Shown here piece after piece: positions 27,510-41,050 of a DNA stretch of 64,000 nucleotides. The notes beneath the pieces were generated by a model, which worked only from the letters and a program-made list of their open reading frames with translations, searched no databases and was not told where the DNA came from. The position numbers and the translations under genes are program-made. The stretch comes from the human T2T-CHM13v2.0 reference genome, Homo sapiens: assembly GCF_009914755.1 (NCBI RefSeq), contig NC_060931.1, one strand, 5' to 3'. The number at the start of each line of letters is the position of its first letter. Position 1 is the first letter of the stretch.

Positions 27510-27605
27510 TAAGCAATATTCTAAAAAGTGTGAATTAGAATCACCTATGGTCTTGTTAAAATACAGAGTGAAGGCCCCACTGCAGACCTACTAAGTCAGA
27601 ATTGC
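27510..27605. mobile_element. MER5-type hAT-Charlie fragment
   Basis: TTAGAATCACCTATGGTCTTGTTAAAATACAGA...CCCCACTGCAGACCTACTAAGTCAGAAT. Confidence 0.65.
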
Positions 27606-27743
27606 TATTAGTTTACCAATGGAATTCTTAATGTCTTTAGGAGGGACTAGCTAGTGCTAGAGAAAATAACTACTTTGTACTCAATGGCTGGCAGTCAGTG
27701 TTATGGGAAGACAAATGGATATTTAAAATCAATTTAAATAATT

Positions 27744-27776
27744 TGTGTGTGTGTGTGTGTGTTTGTGTGTGTGTGT
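27744..27776. repeat. Interrupted (TG)n
   Basis: Read directly. Confidence 0.92.
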
Positions 27777-28299
27777 TTAGGTAGGTAGTTACCCTCAAAA
27801 CCAGAAATGCAATCTTAGTATCTAATCATAGAGAAAACTGGAGTTTCTGTGTGTGCAACGGAAGTGGCAGTGGATGTTTTGCTGATGTTTTGCAGAAAAA
27901 TCATGGGATGGAGATTGTTGCATATATTGTTGTTGTTGCTATGGGATTGTTGGTTTAGTTTGCAGATGAGTTTTCTTATTTGCTTGTGTGTGGTGAGAAA
28001 TTCTCCTGGAGAAATGTACGAAGCAGATGAAAGGGTACAGAGGAGAAAAAATGAAGGCTCCCTCATGAAAGAATTTGTGAAACTTTAAGCCTAAGTTCTG
28101 TTATTTTGAGGACTATGTGACAAAGGGTGATTCAGGAAAAGGAGTAGAAGTGTGTCTTCCCAACTTCCCAACCAGCTGAGCTCCATGGAGAGTGTCTACT
28201 TTAGAAGGATCAGGAGATAGCTCTCTGGACACTCGTCCAGAAGGATCCTTTAAGAAGTACAAGCAATACAAGGTTGGGAAAAGCAAGGTGGGCATCAGG

Positions 28300-29000
28300 G
28301 GAAGCCAAGAAACATGGGGCTGAATGTGTCAGTGAGGGCACATTGAAGTGACTAGGCAGGTAGACTAGATGGGACAAGAAGCATTATTGGCAGGGGCCAT
28401 TAGAAAAATGGGTAACAGGAGAACTTGGTGAAAGCGAAAAGATAATTCAAAAAACTAGAGATAAAGGGTTGTGTGATCTATAATCAGCTCATGTTCAGAG
28501 AAGACAAGAATATTTGAGACCTCAAAGATGTTGGGTCAAGATCCAGGATATGACTGCGCTCATTAGAGGACGATGGTTACTGGAGTTGAAGGTCAAAGTG
28601 GAGGAGGGTGAACAGCGATGAGTCAGAATATCAGCTGTAATGTTTAAGTCACTAATGATGATAGAAGAGAAGGGGCAGAAAGCAGAATGGTGAATCAGGC
28701 ACAGAAATGGTTGTGGAAGGTAATGAGTTGTGAAGGATGATAAATGGTGGTGAGGAGGCTGATAGAAGTAGACACTATTGGCTCCCAATGTAAAGAAGTG
28801 AAATGATGAGAGATGATCGGTGTTTAAAAAGCAGCCCTGGGGGCCAAGGCCCAGACCTTTAGTGCATTAAGCAGAGTAAGGAATAAAAAGGTCCATAAGA
28901 GAGTTGAAGAGGTTCCTAGGTCATCAGGATAAAAGCCAGGCTTCACTGTCCAGATGATAATTTGAAGGAAAACAGTGAAAACACATTTACATGTTTTAAA
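28300..29000 (-). mobile_element. L2 ORF2 endonuclease-region remnant
   Basis: The minus-strand ORF 28522-28788 contains YQPP...IIISDLNI, a decayed form of the APE motifs YRPP...IILGDFNI. The plus strand is purine-rich, as expected for antisense L2. Confidence 0.6.
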
Positions 29001-29609
29001 AAATTACCCTTAAATTAACAAGACTTCTAAGGAACTAAATAAAAGGTTCTAGAAGTTGAGCCAAAAACAGAAGCACACAGGTAGAGGTGAGGATATATGC
29101 AATTGAATTAGGTTGGAATGAGAATGAAAGAAAATAGGTGTTTGGTTGTTGTTTCGGGAGCTGGGAGGTGGTAAGGCAGGAGCCAGAAGTGTGACCATGA
29201 GAATGACATTTAGAAAGCTAAAGTTTTGAGGAGCAGAGAGTTAAGCACTTGGAAAGGCCTAGTAGAAATAATGGTGTGTGTTTTCTTCCAAACTGTAAAA
29301 GCTGAAAGTATACATATAAGCCAAAAGGAGGTTTTAAAAAATAAGTTAACTCTAAATACCATGAGGCTTCAGCTTCTAATTACCAATTAGATTACTTCTT
29401 GTGTAATGTGGCATATTTATTCACAAACTGGACATTTTAGCTTTCCTAATTTAAAAAAATCATATTTAAATGAAAGAATGTCAAAGTTACCAGAAATCTA
29501 AATAATAAGTTGTTAGATTTTTATAGAGAGAATATGACAAAGTTTGACAGGATGATGACATTTCATAATTTGTTCTGATTTAAAACAAAAACAGTTAAAG
29601 ACCAGGGAC

Positions 29610-30130
29610 TCATCCATCCATTCTTTCGTCCATTTGTTCTTTGTGGATTGATTCATTAAGCAGATCTCTACTGCATACCTATTGTGTACCAAGTACCATG
29701 CTATTGTTTGAGTGAACATTGGTGAATGAAGTAGAAGGAAACTTTTAATCAGCCAGGCACAGACTTTGAATGAGAGAACAAAAATTGTTTGAAGAGGGTA
29801 GAGGGTGGTTTTATATATATATTTACAAGTTACGGAAAGTGCAGTGAAAGAACTGAACATGGTGCTGTGATAGAGAATTCCTGGGGAGGAGGAACTTCTA
29901 TGAAAGAGCAATCAGAGAAGGTATCATTGAGATGATGGCATCCATGCAGATAGCTGCACTGAGCAAAGAAGAGACAAGCAGTTAGATAAAGAGTGTTCCA
30001 GGATGTGTGAAGCCCGCAGGAAGGGAAAGAGCTGATAAATTTAAGGAATGCATGGAAGACAAGGCTGGCTTCAGCAGAGAGGAAGAGGGAGAGATGTGGA
30101 GAGCCAGACTGTGCAGAGCCTTGTTGGTAC
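29610..30130 (-). mobile_element. L2 3' end
   Basis: CATCCATCCATTC...ATTCATTAAGCAGAT...ACCTATTGTGTACCAAGTACCATGCTA...GAGTGTTCCAGG...GCCAGACTGTGCAGAGCCTTG. Confidence 0.75.
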
Positions 30131-31109
30131 GTAATTCCCAATTGGGTCATTGAACAAAAACTAATATGTGAAAGGTGAAATATATACATGCCCAGTGAAA
30201 AAGGGCTGTTTAACTACAAGTTAATTCTTACTTTTTCCTACTAACCTTGGAGTATTAATATAACAAAAGTCTGTTTTTTTCTTTTTTTAATTTGGTTGTG
30301 TTGTGTTTTCCCCTCTACACTTAAAGAACAGAGCTCTAAGTGACTTACTATCTTTAATAAAAACTCCTGTAGGCTGGGGGATATAATATTGTTCCGGTTA
30401 GATTTTCTGTGGTTTAACACAGATGGCGAAAGTATTTTAAGAAGCTTAGCTATTTTGTTAAATGTTTATGACTTGTAAATTCCCAGCCTTTTAGGATTAT
30501 CTAAATGTGTTGACATTGATGGTGAATTTGAAGGGAAATTAGCCAAATATGTTTTTGTCTAATTAACCAGTGGGGCCTAATAATAGCAGGGTTTATGGGT
30601 AAAGCAGGGCTACTTATTTATTACATGGAGATATGTTCATATTATTTTCATTTGAAGTTTAAATTTTCAAATTCTTTCCCACCACTTTCTGGAGTCATTG
30701 AATGAGCTGTCAGAGCAAAAATCCTCAACCTCTTTTCTTTCTAAAAAAAATTTTAAAAAAAGAAGAAAATTAGCCTACTAGTTTCATTTCACCAGAAATC
30801 TGAAGTTTGACTCTTCCAAACTTCTATTTCTGTGCTTCTCATAAGATACAGAAGGAGAATCAATCACCTCCATTTTTGGCTCAGTGGTCTTGAGAAATAA
30901 GAAAAAGTTTGAGTTTCTTGTGATAGTTTTTAATCTCTTGGGCTAGTGGTTTTATAATTCAGCAATTATATATCATCCTTGTTTAAGTAATTGTAGCAGT
31001 TAGGTATGCAAAATTTTAAGAGTTCTGTCAGACCAGAATAGTAATATTTAGCAAATTACCACAAGACCTCCTGTAGGGAGAGACAGACACGAGAAAGAAG
31101 ACTGTCATA

Positions 31110-31295
31110 GACTGACTATTATTTCCAAAACTCTACCAATACTTTACATTCAATTTCACTTATCTTCAAGACAGTACCATGCTATCTTTCATTATTAATT
31201 TGTTTGACACATGAGCTCAACACGTTCACAAGTCCATTGCCTATGCTGGGAAGCATTCATTTAGACCAAGGTATTTCAGACTCTGAAGTCTGTGC
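31110..31295 (-). mobile_element. MIR (highly degraded)
   Basis: Ends CCAAGGTATTTCAGACTCTGAAGTCTGTGCCCTTT. Confidence 0.4.
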
Positions 31296-33284
31296 CCTTT
31301 TCCCGTTTTTCTCAATGTTAACTTGTTATTCCTGTCGCCCAAGGGAAAATATCATCTTGGTCACCTGTGTGTATCAGGCATAGACGTTTGTAGCAAAGTG
31401 TATTTTATGTTTTAAAAAAATCAAGGATGATGTTGATGATGATGATGACTGTTCATATACCTCCACCTTCCACTGGATGGGGGTCAAATAGTAGAATAAA
31501 TGCCACATGAGTGGTGCTTCCTATATTTGGGGCTGTAGGGGGAAATATTAATGTATTGGTTGTCTTAGCCTACAAGTAATATAAATGGCAGATATAATAT
31601 AAGTGTGAGCTATTTTTTAATATCAAACATCTTTTTATTGAAGCCCCCCAAAAGCCACCAGAAATCAAATCATTTTAATGTAACTCTTTCACCACTACAG
31701 GCAGCCTAAAGAACTATCTTTTAGATTCCTGTGCTGATTCTACCACTAATGAACATGAATTGCTGTTCTAGACTTTATTTCTTTTCTATAAAATAAGTGG
31801 ATTTAAAAATTCTTTTTTACCTGTAAAATTCTGAGAGTTGATCTGTGCATATCATCCTATAGATTGATCAAAGTGGGGCAAAACCTTAAGCATTTTTATT
31901 TAAAATATAATGGTGAGTTGGTTCTCTTATTTTTACATAATGTTTAAGTATTTTTATGTGTGGAATTCATGGAGAAGTGGTGCGTCTACATTTCTCTTTT
32001 AATGAAGTTTTTTTTTCCCTGCTTCAATATTTCAGTCATTTAGTAAATTTCACTTAAGAAAAATGCTGAATAATAAGCACATGGGAAACATTTTCTTTAT
32101 TTCTATTTTGGTAAATATACTTTAAAATCTGTAGAAAAGTTTGTTTTGTGTGTTTTTGGCTTTGTTTTTCAGTATTGCTAAAAATGTTACATCAACTTGG
32201 CCCCAGGATAGTAATTAACAACCCAGTCAGAGGTTGCTAGTAATTTCCCATTTGCTTAGGAAGAAGATTTTATTAAATAAGCTGGAGTTGTGAGTATTAG
32301 CTAGAGAAGACTTTTGAAATTTGCTTTCAACAGAGTAGTATATAAAAAAAGAAATGACCAAAAATGCAATTAATATGTAAATCTAGAAATTAAGAAAATA
32401 ATAGCTTTCAAAACAAGACAATCTATAGAAAAAAAGATTATGAAAGCTTTTGCTTTTGTTGCCTATTCATTCACTTTAATATACATAGAAGAAAGTTAAA
32501 TGTTAACTAAAACTAGTAGTAGAGTTGTAGAAATACATGTTGCTCTTAGAACATAATTGCAATTTAGATATACATTGTGCCTATCGTAGACCTCCTGATA
32601 TGTGTGAGAATGTGTTTCAAGTCTTTGGTTAGAAAAATAATACTAAATATAAACTTCCCCAATAATGGTTGAAAAGGAGTGGAATGTCCTTATTTTAAAG
32701 GTTTGAATGCATAAGAATCACATTTTGATATTTAACTGTGTTCTGCATCTTGACTCTGTCATAAATGAAATGGGAAGAGAAGTGTAACATATGGGTGGGA
32801 ACAATAGTAATAACAATTAGCAAATCACCAAAGCCTGAAGTACGGAGGTGTTTGGGAAATGTGAAGCCCTGCTGAGATTGGGGCTCCATCCCAATAAGGT
32901 GCTCTCTCCTAGAATCTTGAGTGGTATGGGAGGACAAAATGGAAGGGGGTTACTGGGTGATGGCAGCTGATGTTTGGGGAAATCTTCACAATGATCGGTT
33001 AGTCTGTCTATAAAGAAGCTTTTGCTTTTGTTGCTTATCCATCCACTTTAATCTGCATAGAAGGAAGCTAAATGTTAATAAAATTAGGAGTGGAACTGTA
33101 GAAATAAACATTGTCCTCGGAATATAACTGCAATTTTGATATAAATAGAATCCTAGTTCTTTTAAAGAAAATGACATGGATTATTTTAAAATTAAAAGTT
33201 TTGCTGACCTATGGTGTTGAAATAAAATTTAGTAGAAATTTACTTGAAAGTCTTTCAAAATGTTTTATACAGATTGAAGGGCAG

Positions 33285-33626
33285 TACTATATACACTGAA
33301 TATTTATATCACCTTAAATTTCATATGTTGGTACCTCATCTCCAATGCATTTGGAGGTGGGGCCTTTGAGAGGTGATAGGGTCATGGGATCAGTGGCCTT
33401 ATAGAAATAGGCCCCTGTGAGCTTCTTTGCCCTTTCCATCTTGAGAGTACACAGAAAGGAGACAGCAGCCTATGAACTAGGAAGAGAGCTCTTGTCAGAT
33501 AGTGAATCTGCTGGCACCTTGATCTTGGACTTCCCAGCCTCCAGAACTGTAAGAAATAAACGTCTATTGTTTATAAACCATGAAGTATGTAATTTTCTGT
33601 GATAGAAACTAAAATGGACTAAGACA
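33285..33626 (+). mobile_element. MLT1A-type MaLR solo LTR
   Basis: GGAGGTGGGGCCTTTGAGAGGTGA...GAATCTGCTGGCACCTTGATCTTGGACTTCCCAGCCTCCAGAACTGTAAGAAATAAA...GGACTAAGACA. Confidence 0.9.
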
Positions 33627-33874
33627 GGAAAAAAGCTAAGAGACCACTGTATTTGTCTTCATACCTTCACACAGTAACTATTCATGTTGTAGAGATTTTA
33701 CCTCAGGAAATGTTCACTATGATATCTGTGTTTTATGCACTGAATTGCATGGTATGAGGAGACACAAAGAACCAAAGCATGTTATAGTAATGTCGTACTC
33801 CAAAAATGTTAGTGCTAAAAACCTTTGACTCATAAAATACTGGAAGTAGAAGAGACCTTAGCAACCATCTAAAT

Positions 33875-34198
33875 GAGGATAGACAAACTATCTCCTGGGG
33901 CCAAATCCAGCCTGATGCCTGTTTATTTATGGCCTAAGGACTAAGAATAGTTTTTACATTTGTAGATGGTTGAGAAAAATCAAAAGAAGGGTTTTGATTG
34001 CATGGGAAAATTACATAAAGTTCGAATGTCAGTGTCCATAACTAAAGTTTTATTAGAACACAGCCACAGCCATTCATTTCAGTATTGCCTGTGACAGGTC
34101 CGATGGCAGAATGTGTAGGTGTGACAGAGATCTTATGACCTATAATCCTCAACATTTGTACTATCTGGACCTATACAGATAAAGTTAGTTAACACCTA
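33875..34198. mobile_element. MER58B hAT-Charlie MITE
   Basis: GGGCCAAATCCAGCC...CTAAGAATAGTTTTTACATT...AAAGTTTTATTAGAACACAGCCAC...CTATCTGGACCT. Degenerate 8-bp TSD ATCTAAAT (33867-33874) / ATCCAGAT (34199-34206). Confidence 0.85.
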
Positions 34199-34489
34199 AT
34201 CCAGATAGCAAATAAGCCCCTTTGCTAGGTGATCCTTAGTTAGAGGTTGTCAGGAAGCTTTTTGAGGATTCTGCTTTTGGGCTCGGTAGAAAAGTACACA
34301 GTGATTGACAGACAGTGTCTACCTCAGACAAGGGAGGGGGATGGTGGCACACACTCAGTCTTTTCCAGTCAAAGTTCTTTAACTGTATGTAATCCACTGT
34401 TTCTGAGCTTGTATTAAAGCTTGTAGAACACAAGTTCATAAAGCCGAGCAAGCCTCTTTCCCATTACACCTGGTACCAAATCAACCCTC

Positions 34490-34640
34490 CAAGACCATCA
34501 GAATGCATATTAAGAATCAGGGAGATAATTTTCTAAAAATGCAGCCCCACCCCACCCCAATGCATACCCAGCATTATGATTTTATATATTAGGGTGAAGC
34601 ATAGGAACTTCCGTTTTCAAAAAAGGTTGAAATTTAAAAG
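34490..34640. mobile_element. MER5-type fragment
   Basis: GCATATTAAGAATCAGGGAGA...TAAAAATGCAGCCCCACCCC. Confidence 0.45.
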
Positions 34641-34655
34641 AGGTTTTTGCTAGGA

Positions 34656-34850
34656 CTGTGCTGTCCATTACAGTAACCACTAGGCACATGAGGTTGTCTA
34701 AATTAAATTAAATAAAATTTAAAATTAAGTTTCTCAGGTGCACTAGCCACATTTTAAGTGCTCAACGACAATACGAGCCTAGCAGGTTCCAAATTGAACA
34801 GCTCAGAAGAATATTTCCATCAACATAGAAGGTTCTATTGGACAAAACAG
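34656..34850. mobile_element. MER3 hAT-Charlie MITE
   Basis: Terminal inverted repeats (TIRs) CTGTGCTGTCCATTA...TATTGGACAAAACAG; internal CACTAGCCACATTTTAAGTGCTCAA. Confidence 0.85.
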
Positions 34851-35879
34851 ATTTAAGAGATTCCAGGATTCCAGTTAATCTCAGAAGTTAACTAATCAAC
34901 TTTATAAAAAGAGGATTAGCTCATCTTTACTGTCAGAAATATGCAAAAGAAAGAAAACAAAAGAAAGAAACAATGAGAAAAACAAATTTAGTATAACGAT
35001 AGCAATCTTCATCCACTATGTAACTCTCCATCTATTTATCATTAAGATAACCAAAAGGATTTATAACTTGAGAACAACCCCATATATTACTAAAGGGAAG
35101 GGAAGGATAATATTTTACATCAGATTCTTGGAGGGACTTTATTAGCCATAATGTAGGAGAGGTAGGTTTGAGATAGGACGGACCAATGTATGAGTCAACA
35201 GACTTAATAGAAACGTTTGCCTGGGGAAAAAGAATTTGAGATGTTAGGAAAACCCCACCGGCTTCAGGAAGTTTACAATGGGTGCTGGAGGCAAAGGTGA
35301 GCCATGACAAGTCAATGGGCAGTACCGACATCCTGAGAAAGTGCAAAGATGTTGGTCCACAGAGGCATGAATGCAGTGTCCTTTTCCAGGAAATGTGTGG
35401 TGCTGACATCATGCTTTGTAACACATGCTGCTTCCTCCAGTGTCTAATGGATACAGTCACATCAGCTAGAGTAAAGGGCTCCATCAAGAGTCACAGTGAA
35501 TAAATCCTTTGCAACAGCGTCAACGGGCAATATTACCCTGGCCGGACTTCCCTTAGTGAGCGCTCAGCTCCGTTCTGCCATAGTGAAGACAAAGTCCGAG
35601 ACAACAAAATAAATAGACAATGAACCTAAACTTTTCTTTCTCACTAATCTGGTGTGAGAATAGCACAGTGCATTTTACAGTTATCGTCTTCTTATCTTAG
35701 TACTGAAGGACAAAACAAAATGGAAATACGTCCGTAACTATCAAGATGAGCAAATGGATAAAAGTGCCCAGATACATGAAATAGCAAGTAGTTCAAAAGA
35801 AGAAAACCTGCGGAGGAATAAATGTTCCCACAGATCTGTGGAACAGATCTACCGCAAGGGAAATTAGAGAAAATCTTCC

Positions 35880-37150
35880 AAAATTTATCTGATTCGTGGA
35901 GTTATTGTGTCTCTGAACAAGGCACTCATCCTAAACAATACCATTCAGATGAAATGAATAATTAACAAAGGCTTGTAATGGCATGAAAGCAGAAAACATA
36001 TATTGAATATTACAGAAGGTCAAATCAGAGAATTATCATACCAGGTTGAGAAATTATCCTGGTATTTAGATGAAAAAAATGAGATAAATGTGCCAATCAA
36101 AAATGTAAGTTGCATTGATGACAAATCTAAGAAGTCAAAGATACATATAGGAGAAAACAGAGCAATCACAGGAAAAGCAATTCCCAACGAAATAACAGAA
36201 GATTGTTTTCTTGGGGGCTGGTGGGATTAGGGGGAGTATGGGGCTTAAAACCAAGGCAAAATAGCCTATCTAAAAATATGATGATAAAAGTCCTGAATTG
36301 AAAAAAAAATTAAGCAGCAAGATGACGGTGGAAAGTGTTTGTTTATAAAAAGAAAAAACTCAAGTTGACATCAGACTCTCTACAATTTGAAAAATACATA
36401 AGAGAAAGGAACTCAAGACTCTTGAGAGAAATATATTGAAACCCAAGAATGTTACAGCCAGACAGGCTATCATTCACATTTGAGAGCAATAGAGAGATAA
36501 TAATAGACATGAAAGGACTCCAAATGTTTTTACCCACATTCTTTTTCTGCAAAAAAAAAAAAAGATTTTTTTAAAAACTTGAAAAAGTATTCCAGCTGAC
36601 TGAAGAATGACTCAAACTGAAAAACTAAATTATAGGGATTATGTGTAATAAAAGAAAGTATGGTGCGTAATTAAAACCAATTGGGATTAGACTAGATTGT
36701 GCTGTAAAAAAAGAGTAGTAATGAAAACCAATCAAAGAGTCAATATTTAAATCACTGTTTTTAATATAGTAAGAAGTTTAAATCAGTAGAAAAAAATTTA
36801 AGTAATTTTTCCAAAAGAAACTTACAATGTTTAAAAAAATGATAATATTCTGGATATGAACTCCCAAATTACACCAGCAAAATCTTAGAGTAGGAGTGTG
36901 AATAATTGCTTGCAAAATCTTTCGTTTTATGTGTGTAGGGGGAATTCTCAAATTCATATACTTTATTTTTGAAGTGATAAATATATATATAGATAGAATT
37001 AAATAGAGATATATAAAGGTATTTAAAATGTAAATTAACCATTAGTTGGAAAAATGGGATGCATAATTTTCAAATTATGAGAAGTAAGAGAAACAAAGAA
37101 AACTTGGAAACATAGGAAGGAAATCTGAAAAGATACAAATAAAATAGCAA
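35880..37150 (+). mobile_element. HAL1-like (half-L1) element: ORF1 remnant followed by a 3' region, no ORF2
   Basis: ORF 36003-36230 (EGQIRELSYQVE...DDKSKKSKIHI...EITED) resembles L1 ORF1p. AACCCAAGAATGTTACAGCCAGACAGGCTATCATTCA corresponds to the ORF1 C-terminus. Confidence 0.65.
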
Positions 37151-37175
37151 GAAAGTAAAATTTTAATTTACCTCA

Positions 37176-37458
37176 TTTATTTTGAGACAGAGTCTTCCTC
37201 TGTCGCCCAGGCTGAAGTGCAGTGGCACTATCACAGTTCATTGAAGCTTCAAACTCCTGGGCTCAAGTTATCTTCCCACCTCAGCTCCTGAGTAACTGGG
37301 GTTACAGGCACACACCACCATGCCTTCTAATTTTTATCTTTGTAGGGAAGGGGCCTAGCTATGTTGTCCAGGCTGGTCATGAAGTCCTGGCCTCAATCCT
37401 CCTACTGCGTTGGCATCCCAAGGTGTTGGGATTACAGGTGTCAGTACCATGCCCAGCT
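37176..37458 (-). mobile_element. AluJ
   Basis: TTTTGAGACAGAGTCTT...AACTCCTGGGCTCAAG...GGGATTACAGGTGTCAGTACCATGCCCAGC; heavily diverged. Confidence 0.92.
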
Positions 37459-37504
37459 GCAAAGTTTTAAAAAATGAAATCATCAAAATAAAACTGAAAA
37501 TCTT

Positions 37505-37785
37505 GGCCAGGCACGGTGGTTCACACCTGTAAGCCCAGCACTTTGGGAGGCCGAGACGGGTGGATCACTTGAGGTCAGGAGTTCAAGACCAACTTGGCCA
37601 ATGGGGCAAAACCCCATCTCTTCTAAAAATCCAAAAATTATCTGAGCATGGTGGTGCACTCCTGTAGTCCCAGCTATTCCAGAGGCTGAGGCAGGAGAAT
37701 CACTTGAACCCAGGAGGTGGAAGTGGCAGTGACCCAAGATCATGCCATTGTACTCCAGCCTGGGTGACAGAGTGAGACTTTGTCT

Positions 37786-37820
<35 letters not shown>
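37505..37820 (+). mobile_element. AluS (Sx/Sz-like) with A34 tail
   Basis: GGCCAGGCACGGTGG...GGATCACTTGAGGTCAGGAGTTCAAGACC...TGTCTC, then poly-A at 37787-37820. Confidence 0.95.

Positions 37821-37868
<48 letters not shown>
37821..37868. repeat. (TA)24 microsatellite
   Basis: Read directly; immediately follows the Alu poly-A. Confidence 0.95.
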
Positions 37869-37872
<4 letters not shown>

Positions 37873-38325
37873 AATAATAATGGCTGAAATTTGATAGATG
37901 TTTTTTACCCTCTTAATTTCTTAGTGACCATTTTTCTTTATTTCAGATTTGATACACTTTATATTTACTTTGTTTTGGAAAGCTTCTTGAAGGATACACC
38001 CTTATTCCACTTTTGTTCCTAACTCTAGTTTCAATACCCTCAGAATTACAAGCAACAGTCAAAAAGCCATAGAGATTTTAGGATAAATTTTTTCTTTCAT
38101 TTCTTTTTGATTCTGAAGTTTGCGATTTCTTAGTTGGTGTCCCAATCTCACCTTGTAAACTTCTAATTGTCCTGCGTTCCTAAAGTGCAAAGGGATGCCA
38201 AATATGTGTGTTTTTAGATGTATCAGCCGTTCATCTACAAAATTTTGCCTGGGATTGGGGATGAAATACAGCTTTCAAGGAATTTAGAGGTTGTCCAAAG
38301 TAATGTGCCAAATTATTTAAGCCCC

Positions 38326-38741
38326 CGAGGTAGTTTGGATGTTTATCCCCTCCAAATCTCAGGCTGAAATCTGATACCAATGTTGAAGGTGGGGCCTCAT
38401 GGGAGATGTTTGGATCATGGGGGTGGGCAGACCCCTCATGAATGGCTTGGTGCCCTTCTCCCTGGAATGACTGAGTTCTTGCTCTGTTACTTCATGCAAG
38501 AAGCAATTGTTGAAGAGCCTGGCAACTCCTTTTTTCTTTCTTCCTCTCTCGCCATGTGACATGTTGGTTCCCCTTTCCCTTCTGCCATAAGTGGAAGCTT
38601 CCTGAAGCCTTTACCAAAAGCAGATGCCATATCCATGTTTCCTGTGCAGCCTGCAGAACTGTGAGTCAAATAAACCTCTGTTCTTTATAAATTACTCAGC
38701 CTCAGGTATTCTCTTACGGCAATGCAAAACAGATCAAGACA
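38326..38741 (+). mobile_element. MSTB-type MaLR solo LTR
   Basis: TAGTTTGGATGTTTATCCCCTCCAAATCTCA...GCCTGCAGAACTGTGAGTCAAATAAACCTC...AAGACA. Perfect 5-bp TSD GCCCC at 38321-38325 and 38742-38746. Confidence 0.92.
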
Positions 38742-39624
38742 GCCCCTGCGGCACCTGTGCTAGCTCACACACCCCCCCAAATGGGTGCCTTGTCCCTGTA
38801 TATTTACCAATATCAAACCTTGTCTCCAATCCTCTTAACTCTTCTGCTCTCCCTGTTTGATAGTCTATTTGCCCTACTTGGCACGTCTCTTTACTTACCT
38901 CATGGTGGTCACTGTTTTTTTTTTCCACAATTATAAAAATAGGTAAATTGTCACTTCCTTGGAGACATCTCCTATGACTGACCTTGAAGAGCAGCAGCCC
39001 CTCAAACCACCATTCTTGAGATTTTGCTTCCAACATCACCACCATGAATGCTGTTTAGCTGTTCCTTAATTTTTGCTTCCTTCCCTCTAAGTCTGAAGTC
39101 TCTAGAATGAGCTTTTGATTGGGGAGCCTTGGTCACTTGCTCTCAGCTTACCTGCTAAGGCACAGAGGGCGGCTATCTGTCAGATTTAACCTTTCGGATG
39201 GCTTCCTATTAAATAGGGTTTGGATGCTGAAAAGCAGCAACTGTTTTCTACAATGCAAAAGCAAATGTCTTCATGAGAGTATTCAAATGTATATGTTTGG
39301 AGCATATGTGTATGGATATAGAATATTATAAATACATTTATTGCTATTTAAACTCTCTCAAGTCTGTCTCTTTAGGACTAAAATAAGTGTTTCGATTAGT
39401 TTGTGCATTTCATATCATGTTCTACAGATTCCAAGGTTTCCCAACGAAGTGGCTAGAAAATGACCCAAAACCTTCCAAGGAATATTGAAAGACAGCTAGG
39501 TCTCTGCCTCCCCACCCTCCCCTCCCCACAACTTTAGTGTGTGAAGGTGTGCTTTCAGTTGTTTTATCAGATTTTATGTTTAAAAAGTGTTTAATGCCAA
39601 ATCTTTGAATATCACTGTAATAGA

Positions 39625-40058
<434 letters not shown>

Positions 40059-40731
40059 TGAAATAAAGAGCATTGTACTAGATGATCCCTAAAGTCACTT
40101 TCAGCTATGGTGATTTTATATATACGTATGTACAATATATATTTTCCCTCCCCTTATTTTATATTCTTCCCCCAGCACACTTGGTTCAGAGAAAAAGAAA
40201 TTCGTTAAAGTTATACAACATAAAGAGATTTTTGATAGAATATAGATCAGGATATTTGAATTGAGTTAGGTTCCAACTTTTATTTTTAATGATAATAACT
40301 AAGGCAGATGAAAGTTATCTGGCCTTGCTTAGTTACAGATTTACAGGTTAAACTTCAGTTGCTCCTCTGAGAAAAGCATATGTGCCCAAATACTCTACAA
40401 TTAATGGGGGAAAAAAAGAAAAAAAAAATCTTCCAAAGATAGTCCAAAGGAGACTGGGAAAGTGAAAGAGAAGCATGTTAAACATCAATGATGATAAAAT
40501 CAAGAGACGATGATGACTCTTACATTTATAGGATGTTCTAGCATTTAGCAAGCATTTGAATATTCAACAATTCATCGAAGTCATTATAACAATTCAGAGA
40601 GGAAGACACATGGATATTTTCCACAGATTTAAATAGGGCCTGAACCAGTAGTCTATCATAACCAAGACTGGCATATTGAGCTGAACTGAAGTTAATGATT
40701 TTTATTTCATGTTAAAGCCATATTGGTCTTA

Positions 40732-41050
<319 letters not shown>

